Part shown: piece after piece, positions 1-12,279 of the stretch | Numbering within the stretch: the first letter of the stretch is position 1 | Layout of the letters: every line of letters starts with the position of its first letter | Source of the DNA: Podarcis pityusensis | Lineage: Eukaryota | Direction: 5' to 3' (one strand) | Assembly (NCBI GenBank): GCA_964106645.2 | Contig: OZ067044.1 | Length of the DNA: 64,000 bases | Translations under genes and position numbers: made by a program | Notes under the pieces: model-generated | Told to the model about the DNA's origin: nothing | The model's input: only the letters and a program-made list of their open reading frames with translations | The model's database searches: none

Positions 1-214
1 CCAGGAACATGGGAAAGCTGGCCGGGGCTCCATCAAATTTCTCAGGCAAAGCCACTGGGTACTTGCCAGGAGCCGGGGCGTCGGCCCCAGGAGCCGGTAG
101 GGCTTCCAAGCGTTGCTGAAGTGCCACAACCGCGTCACTGAGCTGCTGCACGGTGTGAGTCAAGGCCTGGTTCTCCTGGGCCAAAGCCACCAGTGTAGCC
201 GCCTGGTCAGCCAT
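1..214 (-). CDS. Gag N-terminus of a Ty3/gypsy (Tf1/sushi-group) LTR retrotransposon; runs off the left edge
   Basis: MADQAATLVALAQENQALTHTVQQLSDAVVALQQRLEA...PVALPEKFDGAPASFPMFL: coiled coil plus the LPEKFDG motif typical of sushi/PEG10-like Gag; follows LTR and PBS. Confidence 0.85.
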   Translation of the reverse strand, partial: MADQAATLVALAQENQALTHTVQQLSDAVVALQQRLEALPAPGADAPAPGKYPVALPEKFDGAPASFPMFL

Positions 215-277
215 GGCCTCTGGCTCTTCCCGAACGCACCCCTACGAAGGGGGAGTGCGGGTGTGGCGGGAGCAAAC

Positions 278-876
278 TGTGCTGGTCCCGGGGGTAAGGT
301 ACCGTGAGTGTAGCAGAGTCCACACGAAGAGGGGTGAGGTCCGATGCAGAGAGCCGGGCGGGGAACAGGAACGCTGGAACAGAAGGCCGAGCAGGGAACA
401 GGAGTACCGGATAGTCAGGAACAGGAAGCCGAGCAGGGATCAGGAACACAGGAAGGTCCGAAGCCAACAACGACGTTGCTCCCGCAACCTGGGGCCGGGC
501 TGACTGGGCTTTTATCCTCTTCTAAGGCCAGGGGCGGTCCCGGTCCCCAGGAGCCCCGCCTCCTCTGGCCTTAAGGCGAGCACTCCTCCTGGGGGCAACC
601 AGTTCCCTTCGCCTCTCTGCCCTAAGCCTCTGCAGATCAGGAGAGGCCGAAGGGTTACTGGGCCCTGGAGGAGGCTCACCTGTGGCCACTGAGTCATCAA
701 GCCCCTCTGGGGCCAGAAGGGCTTCACCTGGGGCCAGCTCCTGATGCACTGCCACAGGTGCAGGCTCTTCAGCATCTAGGCCTTGCCCCAGTTCAGCCGG
801 CCCTGGAGGCGGGGACTCCTGTGCAGGCTGGGATTCCTCTGTTTCATCCTCCGAATCGGAATCCCAGGCCATCACA
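278..876 (-). mobile_element. 5' LTR of the gypsy/sushi element (~600 bp)
   Basis: Begins TGTGA, ends CACA; TATA-like GATAAAAG at 509-516; short tandem repeats in U5; PBS at 266-275, then gag ATG at 214. Confidence 0.8.
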
Positions 877-1590
877 CATGATCACATCTATACCGACGCC
901 AAAGATCAAATCCAGTGTGTGGCCTGCTTGATGTGTGGGGCCCAAAACAAACTGGGAGAGCCCTAGTGTCGCCATGGAAGACACCAGGTCCAGAGCCTGT
1001 GAGGAGGGAGTGGCATCAGCATGGATGTTGAAGTCCCCCAATACCAATAGGTTAGGGAACTCCAAGGCCCAGCCGGCCACTGCCTCCAGCAGGCCTGATA
1101 GGGTGGCTGCTGGTGCGCTAGGTGGCCAGTACACCAGCCAGACAGCCAAGCTCACCTCGGAGCCCACACTAGGCCAACACATTCAATGCCGGGGATCGAT
1201 GGCGATGGTAGAGCCCTGAAAGAACAATCTTCCCGGATTAATAATGCCACCCCTCCCCCCGGACCACAGTCCGCGACTGGTGGAGGACGGAGAAACCCGG
1301 GGGCGCCATCTCTCGTAAGGTAACAGTTTCCCCTTCGCGCACCCAGGTCTCCGTCACACAAGTCAGGTCAACCCCCTGCGAGGTGAAGAAATCTCGCAGG
1401 GTGGCGGTTTTGTTGCCTATAGACCTGGCATTGCACAACACCAGTGACGGAGGTGAGTAATCCTTGCTCACCCTACCTTCGTCCCTCGGGATGGGGCGCA
1501 GATTGGAAAGGGTACGAGCATATCCATATCTCAATCCCCTTCGCCTATGACATCTGCCCCCACCGCCATACCTCCCTCGCCCCACTACGG
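877..1590 (-). mobile_element. L2/CR1-clade LINE endonuclease fragment, frameshifted and interrupted by the LTR element
   Basis: APE motifs LCNARS, VTETW, GGGVALL, VLGDFNIH, GHTLDL spread over three frames. Confidence 0.85.
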
Positions 1591-1594
1591 TAGC

Positions 1595-1781
1595 AGTTTA
1601 CCTTCCCGCCAGAGTGGTGCCTATTTATCTACTTGCACTTTGACGTGCTTTCGAACTGCTAGGTAGGCAGGAGCAGGGACCAAGCAACGGGAGCTCACCC
1701 CGTCGCGGGGATTCAAACCGCCGACCTTCTGATCAGCAAGTCCTAGGCTCTGTGGTTTAACCCACAGCGCCACCTGCGTCC
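1595..1781 (-). mobile_element. Sauria-type SINE, 5' part
   Basis: Near-identical to the full copies at 33815 and 35305. Confidence 0.85.
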
Positions 1782-2443
1782 CTTATATGGCTGTAATATA
1801 CATCTGTATAGCTTGTGTTGCATTGAAACATCATATTTTATCCAATGTAATATCCTATCTTTTCGGGTGCATTTTGTATCTGGCTGGTAGCTATTGAAAA
1901 TAGTGTTGCAAAAGTTGGACTCCACCCTCAACATGTGGCAAGATTCCAGGCACTCACCAAGGGTCTGTGTTGCTGTGAGAATCAAGACATGGTGGGAACT
2001 GTCGCACCTTTAGAAATATGTTTTAATTACACATATTTACACCTTTAGTCTACATAGAGGGTGTCCAGATCTTACAGCATGTTCTGCTCAAGTGAGGCTT
2101 GTTCCTCACAGCAGTGCAACACTGGAGTCCAAGGCATCTCTCCCAACCTGCCTTCAGCCAGCCAGCCGAAATGGTTCTGCCCCTTTCCCAGCTATTCCAA
2201 GCCTCTTGTCAAAAGCCCCAAACTCTTCCGGTGACACCACGCCTAGTTATCCTGGCAACTGTCCAAATCTGCTGCCTCTGTTCACACCTCTAGCCAGTGG
2301 GGAAGGACAGTTCTCTTGCATTGCCAGTGGCCCTCAATGGCCCCGTATTTTGCTTTAAATGGCCCTAGCCTGGCCAGGTCATTTTGCAAAAGCTAGCCCA
2401 GGAATTCCTCTGCAGCTTCTATTATCCCTTCACATCCAAAATA

Positions 2444-2811
2444 CAGTGGTGCCCCACAAGACGAATGCCTCGCAAGACGGAAAAACCGCTAGACGAAAGG
2501 GTTTTCCGTTTTGGAGTTGCTTCGCAGGACGAATTCCCCTATGGGCTTGCTTCGCAAGACGAAAATGTCTTGCGAGTCTTGAGATTTTTTTTTCGCTTTC
2601 CCCCCCCCCTTTATCTAATCTGCTAAGACTTTAATAGCCTTTAATAGCCTTTTAGCAGCTAATCCCCTAAGCCTTTAAGCCTTTAATAGCCGCTAAACCG
2701 CTAATAGCGCTAATCCGTTAAGCCGCTAATAGGGTTGCTTCGCAAGACGAAAAAACCGCTAGACGAAGACTCTCGCGGAACGGATTAATTTCGTCTTGCG
2801 AGGCACCACTG
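2444..2811. mobile_element. Tc1/mariner-type MITE (GCAAGACGAA family) with internal minisatellite
   Basis: TA|CAGTGGTGCC...GGCACCACTG|TA terminal inverted repeats. Confidence 0.85.
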
Positions 2812-3222
2812 TAATCAAAATCCTACCCTTTATTAATTCCTAGGGTTTAGCTCCCACCCCCAATTCAAAACAATAGAATGCTTGATAGTTCAAATGTTAG
2901 CCACTGTGTCAGGTGCAGAGAATCTGTGGCCCTGCAAATGTTGATGGACTACAAATGCCATCATCCCAGATCAGCTGGGACTGATGGGAGTTGACAGCCT
3001 CAACAGAACTGGAGGAAACCAGGTTCTTCATCCCTGTGCCATATATTTGATTATGGAAATTAGTTTCCAGGAAATGCAGTATTTTACATGTACTGCTATG
3101 GGAAAGGCCATATTTTGCATCTGTTCCATAAACAAATCACAAGGTGGGGCTTTTAAAAAAATCAACACACGCACATACCAATCCTCAGAGGTCTATATTA
3201 TTAAAACATACTCTGCCACAGC

Positions 3223-4143
3223 AAACTCCTACAAGTCCCCAGATGCGTTTCAAACGCATGGGTTAGACTAGAAAGGGATGATGAGAGTGGAGGCTTATAT
3301 CCACCTAATATCAATCTATAAATGGCTGACATTGAATCTGCTCCCCTGAGGAATAGCCCCACTGATCCTCTGCGACCACTTCCAGTCTGGCTGGCAGACA
3401 GCAGTCCTGAACACCCTTCAGAAACTGGGTTTTGCCCCTCAAGCCCTTTTAAGTCTCAGGTTGGGCCAGGCAAAAGCTACAGTCAGGCAAAGAATCATAG
3501 ACACCAACAGTACTGCTCAAGGTGCCCCATCTATAAAATTAGAGAAATCGATATAGCCGCACCGGCAGCATATCTCTTCTTTCTCGTATCCAAAAATGCC
3601 AGAAGGGCTTTTACACTTGCCAGAAGCTCGGCTCTGCCCTTGCTGGTCCTGGAAGGATCCTTTAAAAAAAGTCCCATATGCTCAGAGACTTTGCGCCTGT
3701 TCATTGGGGGATATAGGAAGCCCAGAGCACTTGTTCTTTAGATGTCCCTTTTATGAAGAGGCACGAAGTGAGACCATTGATCCCCTGCTGGTGAGGCTCA
3801 CTGACCTCCCGGAAAAGCAATATTTGACCTTTTCCTGTTAGGCAAAGATCATAAGACGACCCGGATGGTCGCCAGATTCTGTGTACAGATCTGTAGGCGC
3901 AGACCATCCCCCAACCCAAACTAGTTTGTTAAGAAAATCCCCAAACTCGGTTCCATGGGTGACTCTGGGTCATCTCTCTGCGGTAGCGTATCTTAAAGTT
4001 TTAGGTGTCTATACGCTTATCGCATTTATAAATTTTAAATTTATTGTTGTACATTGTTTTAAATGTTTGTTTTCCTTCTGGAATTGTACCCCCAAGTGTG
4101 TTTTATAAGCTGGTCTCCGACCATAATAAATTATCTATCTATC
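3223..4143 (+). mobile_element. 5'-truncated non-LTR retrotransposon 3' end (RTE-X/Tx1-like)
   Basis: Zn-knuckle RLCACSLGDIGSPEHLFFRCPFY; AATAAA plus (TATC)n tail; 14-bp TSD TACTCTGCCACAGC at 3209-3222 and 4144-4157. Confidence 0.75.
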
Positions 4144-6927
4144 TACTCTGCCACAGCTTTGGTTAAAGAGTACTGTCTCTTCTTAGGGAGTCTGGAAACT
4201 TCCAATTGTCAGAGCATCCCAATATTCACCTGTGAAAGACTGGAAGATCAGCCAGTTGCCACTTCTGTCACGATCAGGCAGTTTGGCTGTGCTTTTCCTA
4301 AGTTGTTCTTCCAGTTCACTGGAATGAGTGCAGAACAACTTCCCAGTAAGATGCAACACAGATCACTGGCTTCTACCTTGCTACCTCTAATAGTGGCCCA
4401 AAATCCCACCTTAGTTCACAGTAGGGCAGGTACTGATCAGCCTTAAAAGCCTAGAAGGTTTTTCACGGCCAGATCTAGAAATTACAATTCTTGCTGATAG
4501 CCATCTCTTCAGTTGTCGGGAGCTTTCAAGACAAATCTTTAACGGAAGTGATTCAGGCCTGGTGAAACTTGAGTATCATCAATTGCTGTCAAGTCACTGT
4601 GGCCCAGATACTAGTTAAACTTTTGGGACACTGGAGATATAGACAGAAAATGGACGTGTTGCTCCTTGTAGAGGCAGATCTTTAGACTGAACCCACTGTT
4701 CCCTTAAGTTGGAGTGTGGCAGCCACCATGAAACATTACATGCAAATCTATGTAGCTAAAATGTACAAATTAAACACAGACTTCCAGGTCAACATTTATT
4801 CTCCAAGTAACTCCTGCACAGAACAACATGCTCACATTTTGCTTTTATGAGATGTTGCCAGTGGAATGAAATAGCAATTAAAAGGTGGCCGACGAGGCTT
4901 TCAGGACTGGTGCAAACACATTGCGCAACTGATTGATATATCTAGATTTATAATTAACTTTATCCTACATGGCTGCCACTGCGGCTTACAGTGAGGCAAA
5001 GCAAAACCAACATCTTGAGAAGTTTAAAAACAAAAATGATTGTTTAAAAAAGCAATTCAGGATCTGCTCTCGATTTCCTGTTTGCAAGAAAATAAACTCT
5101 AAGGGGCTCAACAGCCTTGACAGAAAAAGGGAATGTTTTTGGTGAGCTTATCTTGGGAGGAGGTTTCCCCAAAAGTCTTATTTGTAGTCTTTTCTGCCAC
5201 TGAGGTGGAAGCAGCAAATGTGAGACGGCTCTCACTAAAGACCAAGGGGTAAAGCTTGCTCTTACTCCAGGGTAAGAGTAATATTTCACTAACCCTTCCC
5301 CCACATAGATATGAAAGTCCTAAGTTCACCTATTAAAATAGCATTTAAATAACTTTTTGGGACTGCTGTGAGTTTAGCTGTCCTGATTTATTTTCTCCTG
5401 CTGTTTTTAGACTATGTTGGATTGTATGCAGTATTAGTTTCTATGATTTTATGATCATTTAAAAAAAATGATCATTTTTAAAAATTTGACTGGAAGCAGC
5501 TGAGACAGCTTAGGTTTTTGGGTAGCATATATACGTTCTAAACCAGCCAACCAAGGAGAAAGCTTAGCAAATACTTATTTGGTGTTCTCATTTTCTACAT
5601 GCAGGTAGTATTTTTTGAATTTTTCTTTTCTTTTGTTGAGGGGAGTTTTAAGCATGGAATCCTCTACGTACCTTCTGAAATGGTACATGCATAACTGCTT
5701 CAGGATGAGGTCATGAGCCCAGTTAAGTCCTGTTTCCCACAATCAGGGCATGAGGAAAAGCCAGGAAAGGGTTTGCCACTTGATTCTCTTTAAACTAGCT
5801 CTCAGTGACATGAGAAGAATGCTTTTCCATCAACAATTTTTAATTTATTTCCGGCTTACCAAACACCTCACACTGCACTACCAAGAGAAGGCAAAATATA
5901 TCCTCGCTCCCCAACAAGCATGCACATACATCCATACAAAAAAACATGTCTCAATACCTCTATGGTGATTATCTTTTAACCTGAGTTTCTTAGCCAGTAC
6001 AAGGCTGGCCAGCAAACACCGATAGCGCTCAGCAACAGACATTTCAACCGCCTTATAAGACTTTCATTTGGCTAGTAAAAAATAGTGTTGTATGATAACC
6101 AGTGGCGCTTCTGCCTGGGGGTGGGGGAAGAAAACACTTTTACCCAAAATTTTACACTTATGTACAAAATACTGGACTACATACCCATCCTTAGCATTAA
6201 ATATGGTAATATTCACCTGCAAATGTGTCCCTAAACAACTGTGTAATGCTACAGATTAAAATTCTTAAGAGTTCTTAACATACACACCATTTCAGCTCCA
6301 GGAACTCGCCCCTTTGTTCTGCTGAATTGACAATCCTCACTCTTGTCAACTCATCATCTACTTGCCATATCATTATCCTGGTTGTCCAATTGTTCAAAAC
6401 ATCTCTAAATCCTCTAAATTGGAAGCTGAGTGAAAGGTCTTTCGAGCTAGAATTCTTTCCCCCTTTAATTCAATTGCTCATTGCCACAGAAAGCCGCCTT
6501 TTCAGAAACAGCTAATCTTTACAGATTGAACAGCGAGAAGCCCAGGCTTCCTGTTACGTTTCCGATAAACTTCTCAAGAAACATTTCATCGTTTGTGCAG
6601 ATACTTCTCCAGATGCAAACCACAAAAAGAAGTTGAACGTAACATAGAGGAAGGAGGCTTCTCTTTTCTGTGATGGCTGCAGGAGAGCTCAGTTTAATCC
6701 GTCCTAAATTGGAGCAGTGTACAAAAGATTGCATTCCCATTAACAGCATCAGGTTTTTCTACCAGGATTATTCAAAGAGCCTTCTGTGCACTTGCCCATG
6801 TCCATAGGAGCGATTATGTCCAAGGGTGGAATTCTAATTCAGGAAGGTAGAGAGGCCTCCACAGGTTGTATGAAGCACCCAATACATCCCATCAAATGGT
6901 GGCTTCTCACAGGCCATCGCTCTGCAT

Positions 6928-7313
6928 TAAAAGGTAAAGATAAAGGGCCCCTGGACGGCTAAGTCCAGTCAAAGGCGACTATGGGGTCGCAGCACTTATC
7001 TCGCTTTCTGGCTGAGGGAGCCGGCGTTTGCCCACAGACAGCTTTCTGGGTCATGTGGCCAGCATGACTAAACCACTTCTGACGCAACGGGACACTGTGA
7101 CGGAAACTAGAGCGCAAGGAAACGCTGCTTACCTTCCCACAACAGTGGTACCTGTTTATCTACTCGCACTGGCGTGCTTTCAAACTGCTAGGTTGGCAGA
7201 AACTGGGACAGAGCAACGGGAGCTCACCCCGTCGCAGGGATTCGAACCACCAATCTTCCAATCGGCAATCCCAAGAGGCTCAGTGGTTTAGACCACAGCG
7301 CCACCAGCGTCCC
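6928..7313 (-). mobile_element. Sauria-type SINE, full length
   Basis: tRNA-like head and (ACCTTT)-type tail; similar to the other copies. Confidence 0.85.
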
Positions 7314-7533
7314 CCATGTTAGGAACTAGGTAAACACCCTTTAAAGTAACTAAACACTCTAATTGTTTTCAATAACCTCCTCTCCCAAAAAACCCCTTTC
7401 AAAATCCCGGACCTAAATCTCACAGAAAAAGTTAATATCAGGAAGCCACTAAGTACAATTTCCAAGTCAGAGGGTGAGGCTTTAGTGCTGCATGTGTCTC
7501 CTTACACTTCCTTGTGAGGAGAAGCAGCAGCAG

Positions 7534-7991
7534 TGTGTTCTGACCCGTTCATATTAGATACCCACAGGATCAAGGCAGATTAGAGGTGATGACACTGTAG
7601 ATAGCTCTGAGCGAGCAGCTTGCTCCGACAAACACTGAAGTTAAACTGAGGTCTTATATGTCTCTTCCTCGTGACCCCTTTTCCCAAGCTCCACCTCCTT
7701 GGCCTGAAGACTTTAGCCCGGAAGAGTGCTTCTTTACTTCTCTGTGGCTTCATTCCTGTGTGCTCCCTGCACAAGTGGGCAGGTGTGTTAGTGCCAGAGG
7801 CACATCCTGATAACATCTGGTTCTAGGGATGGCAGATCCTGGCTCAGGTACTGTGGGCTCTGAACTATCAACCTCCTGTTCCTCAAACACTGAACCATCA
7901 GCATCAGAAGCCTACTCCACTTGGTAGTACAACAACCCTGAACTCAGCTGGCTCCTCCTCTGATTTGGAGCTTGAACCCAAGACCGTGGCA
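7534..7991 (-). mobile_element. Probable degenerate solo LTR
   Basis: TG...CA-like ends, purine-rich U3-like region, TATAAG box; no convincing TSD. Confidence 0.35.
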
Positions 7992-8438
7992 GAATAAATG
8001 ATGCATAGATAGGATGCAAACATGTTTAGCATTCATTCAGAAATCAGAGGACTCCACTTTTCCTGTCAGAGTTTGAGTATCTTGTTGAATATTTTTTTAA
8101 ACGGTTTTGCAAGATACCTGGAGTACTCCCCTTACCGCTAAACTGCTTGTTCATGTGAATGGTACCAGAGTACTGGCTTTGCCTTATATCTTACCAGGCA
8201 AATTGTTTCTCTGTGATCTGAGATGTTCAGGGAATGATTCCTTGGTACAGAGACAACTCTAGAATCTCGAAAGCGTGAAAGTCTTCAGGGGAAGGAATCG
8301 TATATTCACTGTCTCTCAACCAAGGTGGATGCGTTAAGTGTGTGTGTGTAAACAGTAGAAGCAGGGCTGGGGGGACTGTGAGAGGGAGAAAGTTTGGAAT
8401 GAGATAAGAGTCTGAAAGGAAGATGTAAAACTACAGTA

Positions 8439-8663
8439 CAGTGGTACCTCAGTTTAAGAACGATTTGGTTTACAAACTCTGTAAAACCGGAAATAGTGTC
8501 TTGGTTTGAGAACTTTACCTTGGTCTAAGAACGGAATCCAAACGGTGGATGGGCACCGGTGGTAGGAGGCCTCATTAGGGAAAGCACGCTTCGGTTTAAG
8601 AACGGTTTTGGTTTAAGAACGGACTTCCAGAACGAATTAAGTTCGTAAACCAAGGTACCACTG
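8439..8663. mobile_element. Tc1/mariner-type MITE
   Basis: TA|CAGTGGTACCT...AGGTACCACTG|TA. Confidence 0.85.
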
Positions 8664-9053
8664 TATCTCTCTCCCTGGAGATCGGATGTGGGAGAAGTGG
8701 CTATTACAAGAAGTCCTTAAATCTCCAAGGAAAACCCAAAATGGTTGCTGTAGCCCTGTCCTCCAGTTTGTTGAAAGTTTTCTTCCTCTGAAAAAGGCTT
8801 CATTTTCTGTGTAATTCGTAGGACCATGAGGCGGACTGAGGCCGTCATCTTGAGCAGGGTGGAGTTGCCACAGGCGGCCTTCACCTCTGGAGAAGTGAGA
8901 AGCAGCTAGGGCAGCAGAATTGGGACTATGAATCTTGCGTGACCAACAGCTTTTCTCCCCGAGTAGTTGAGAGGTTCCACATCATCACAATCGTCATTAC
9001 AGGCGTCTCTGCCACAAATAGTGGACCTTCCAAACATACTGATACTTTATATG

Positions 9054-9295
9054 CAGTGCTTTCTAAAAAAATGTTTAGGGGTACTCTCATTTTGACTCAA
9101 GAAAACCACCATTTTATAGTTCAAATCAGGAAAATTAAAACAGTAAATGGACAAAAGGGGGTAGCAACGGAACTGATGATTCACCGTGCTAGAGAAGAAA
9201 CTAAACATCTTGTAAAAATTTGTTTCTTCTCCCTTTAGATTCACAAAATGTTTAGAGGTATGCGTCCCCCTGCGTCCCCTCAGAAAAAAGCACTG
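9054..9295. mobile_element. hAT-type MITE
   Basis: CAGTGCTTTT TIRs; 8-bp TSD TTTATATG at 9046-9053 and 9296-9303. Confidence 0.85.
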
Positions 9296-9305
9296 TTTAT
9301 ATGTA

Positions 9306-9547
9306 CAGTGGTACCTCGGGTTACATATGCTTCAGGTTACATACGCTTCAAGTTACACACTCTGCTAACCCAGCAATAGTGCTTCAGGTTAAGAACTTTG
9401 CTTCAGGATAAGAACAGAAATTGGGCTCCGGCGGCGCGGCAGTAGCAGCAGGCCCCATTAGTTAAAGTGGTGCTTCAGGTTAAGAACAGTTTCAGGTTAA
9501 GAACGGACCTCTGGAACAAATTAAGTACTTAACCCGAGGTACCACTG
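9306..9547. mobile_element. Tc1/mariner-type MITE
   Basis: TA|CAGTGGTACCTCGGGTTA TIRs. Confidence 0.85.
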
Positions 9548-10445
9548 TATTGCATATTTGGAAATACCACAGTTGGCAAAATCATGCCTACTTATAAAAG
9601 CTTCTCAAAAATACCATCCAAAATTGGTCACCCAGGTAAAGGAGAAAGTATAACACATAATGCACGATTTACCCAGGTGCTCCCCTCTTTGCTATTTAAA
9701 CTGTGGGATTACTGGGACGTGGAAGGCTGTGAAAGCAAAACATGTTAAGCCGTGAAAACAGAGTGCCCGGGAACAAGCCATTAAAAAAAACCAACAAAAA
9801 AAAAAACCACTACCACCAAGCAACTTGGGCTTTATTAAGATTCTATGCTTCTCCATTTATTTTTGAACTGCAATTTGCTCAGTCCTGTTATCCAACCCGA
9901 CTCAAATTGTGCCTTTCTTGGCTCACGTTGCTTGCATGTTACTCAGCTGATGCTGTGAAGCAGTTCTTGGGGGACCTTGCCTCATACACACACCAGAGTT
10001 TCATCCAGTAAACCTTTTTCATAAACTTAAGGGGCTTGTGGAGCAATGGAAACAAGCCCTAGTTCAGTTCTTTAGCCATGGGCCCAGAGAACTACAAGGA
10101 TCAAACAGCCTGGAATTGAACATTAAAAGCTTTGGGGGGGGGGGGAATAAAATACCTTTGTCCAATGACAAAGCTGCATATGAACCAACTCCTAAGGGCT
10201 GTGGGGCCTTTGCCCCCCCCCCAAAGTTTATGGGGCATTCCCATTCAAATTATGTGTGCGCACTACGTCTTCTAATTGATTATGCAAGGTGGGCCTTACC
10301 AACAATATTTTGTTCCAAGTTGGCACCAAGTTGCAAAGTTGTGAGGTGAGCCTCAGTTGGGAATTCATGTTACTGCAGTTTGAACTGCAGAATACAATTA
10401 TGCTAAAAACAGATCAATACACTTTTTTAAAACAGCAGCAGCAGC

Positions 10446-10537
10446 AAACTTAGTTGGTCTCTAAGGTGCTACTGGACAATTTTTTTATTTTATTTTTATT
10501 TTTTTCCACTGTCAGACCAACACGGCTACCTACCTGA
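10446..10537 (+). mobile_element. Short Penelope-like element remnant
   Basis: GGTCTCTAAGGTGCTACTGGAC...CAGACCAACACGGCTACC pattern; the same CAGACCAACACGGCTAC motif recurs near 26751. Confidence 0.45.
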
Positions 10538-10548
10538 AGGAAATAGAC

Positions 10549-10870
10549 CAGGGGTCAGCAACCTTTTACAGTCATGGGCCGGTCCACTGTCCCTCAGACC
10601 TTGTGGGGGGCCGGACCATATTTTGGAAAAAAATATTGAATGAATTCCTGTGCCCCACAAATAACCCAGAGATGCATTTTAAATAAAAGCATACATTCTA
10701 CTCATGTAAAAACACCAGGCAGGCCCCACAAATAACCCAGAGATGCATTTTAAATAAAAGGACAAATTCTACTCATGTAAAAACATGCTGATTCCCAGAC
10801 AGTCTGCGGGCTGGATTTAGAAGGCGATTGGGCTGTATCTGGCTCACAGGCCTTAGGTTGCCTACCCCTG
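10549..10870. mobile_element. hAT-type MITE with internal ~70-bp tandem duplication
   Basis: CAGGGGT...ACCCCTG TIRs; 8-bp TSD AAATAGAC at 10541-10548 and 10871-10878. Confidence 0.88.
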
Positions 10871-11127
10871 AAATAGACTGTGTGCACACAGTTAGAAATA
10901 CATCTAACTGTATTTCCTCTGGTCTCTTAATAAACAGAATCCTTTGCAGCAACCACACTAACACTGTGCACACAGGCTGTGTGTTGGGGCATGTGGCCCA
11001 ATTTCTCCCACTTTGCTCTTCCCATTGCAAAAGCAAGCAAATGAACCAGGAAGGAGATAGCTTAGCATTATGTCTGAACTCAGAATAATGGTTTGCTTCT
11101 CTCTAACAAGCCAGGATTTGTAAGTCA

Positions 11128-11914
11128 CAGGGTGGATAAAAATAAATGATTTTTTTTATTTTTGAAAATGGATTTTTTAAAAATTTAAATTGGATTTTTA
11201 AAATAAAATGCTTTTGGAGGAAAAATCTTTCTAAAGATAATTTTCTACTTAAGTTACATTATAGTCGAAAGGCTATTCACCAGGGAAAAAGGATTTGTTT
11301 TAAGTTTTTAATGAGTGCTAAAGCTCAGTCTGGTTTTGTTTAATTTAAAAAATTGTTTATCCACATCAGTTAACAAACATGGATACATATGCTATAATGT
11401 TTTTGTTTTAGTTCAGGCTTCCTCAAACTTGGCCCTCCAGATGTTTTTGGCCTACAACTCCCATGATCCTTAGCTAGCAGGACCAGTGGTCAGGGATGAT
11501 GGGAATTGTAGTCTCAAAACATCTGGAGGGCAGAGTTTGAGGAAGCCTGTTTTAGTTAAATAAATTGTTTAAATTGTTATTAAGAAAATGATTATTTTTC
11601 TCCTTCCAATTAAGTGCAGCAGAAAAGTTGCCCAAATATAAATAGTTAACTTATTGAACCTCACAATAATTTCATAATTTACCTGTTTATGTATTTCTAA
11701 TAGCATAACTAAATTAGTAATTTTGGATATAACTGTAAAAACTACTCTGAAAATTTATTCTACCAAAAATGAAACCTTCATCTGGTTGTAAATAGTAAGA
11801 TTATACCAGCAAGAACGAGTCTTTCTGCAAAAAAAGATTTTTTAAATCAAGTCTTACTGACTTGGGATTTAAATTGTGATTTAAATCGATTTGATTTAAA
11901 TCAAATCTACCCTG
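11128..11914. mobile_element. Non-autonomous hAT element carrying a nested hAT MITE (11414-11549)
   Basis: CAGGGT...ACCCTG TIRs with TSD GTAAGTCA (11120-11127, 11915-11922); inner CAGGCTTCCTCAAAC TIRs with TSD TTTTAGTT. Confidence 0.88.
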
Positions 11915-12279
11915 GTAAGTCAACAACAAAATTTGCATTTAAGGCTTGCTAACGATCCTGTCTTGGAGGAAGACACAAAATAAATGTTAAGATATCCAGT
12001 TTTCTGGTCTTGCAAAGCAATGGTATACATCAGGCTATCTGTACCAACAAGCTGTTTGTGCACAGTGTGGTTTATTAAGCCAGAGGCTTATCGTTCTGTG
12101 CAAACATCATTTGTAATGGGCATCCTGCCTTTATCAGGCACACACCTACGAAAGTCAGAAAGAAGCTACCTTCCTTTTTTTAAAACACTGAACACATTTC
12201 TAATACTTATAATGAAAACTGCTATAGCACTCGATCTACTAGAGGCTCCTAATTAAAAAAATAATAGTAATAATCAGGC

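Noticed and set aside
10446-10537. Hammerhead ribozyme in the Penelope-like remnant
   Set aside because: A complete CTGANGA plus GAAA core with its stems is not present; the fragment ends first
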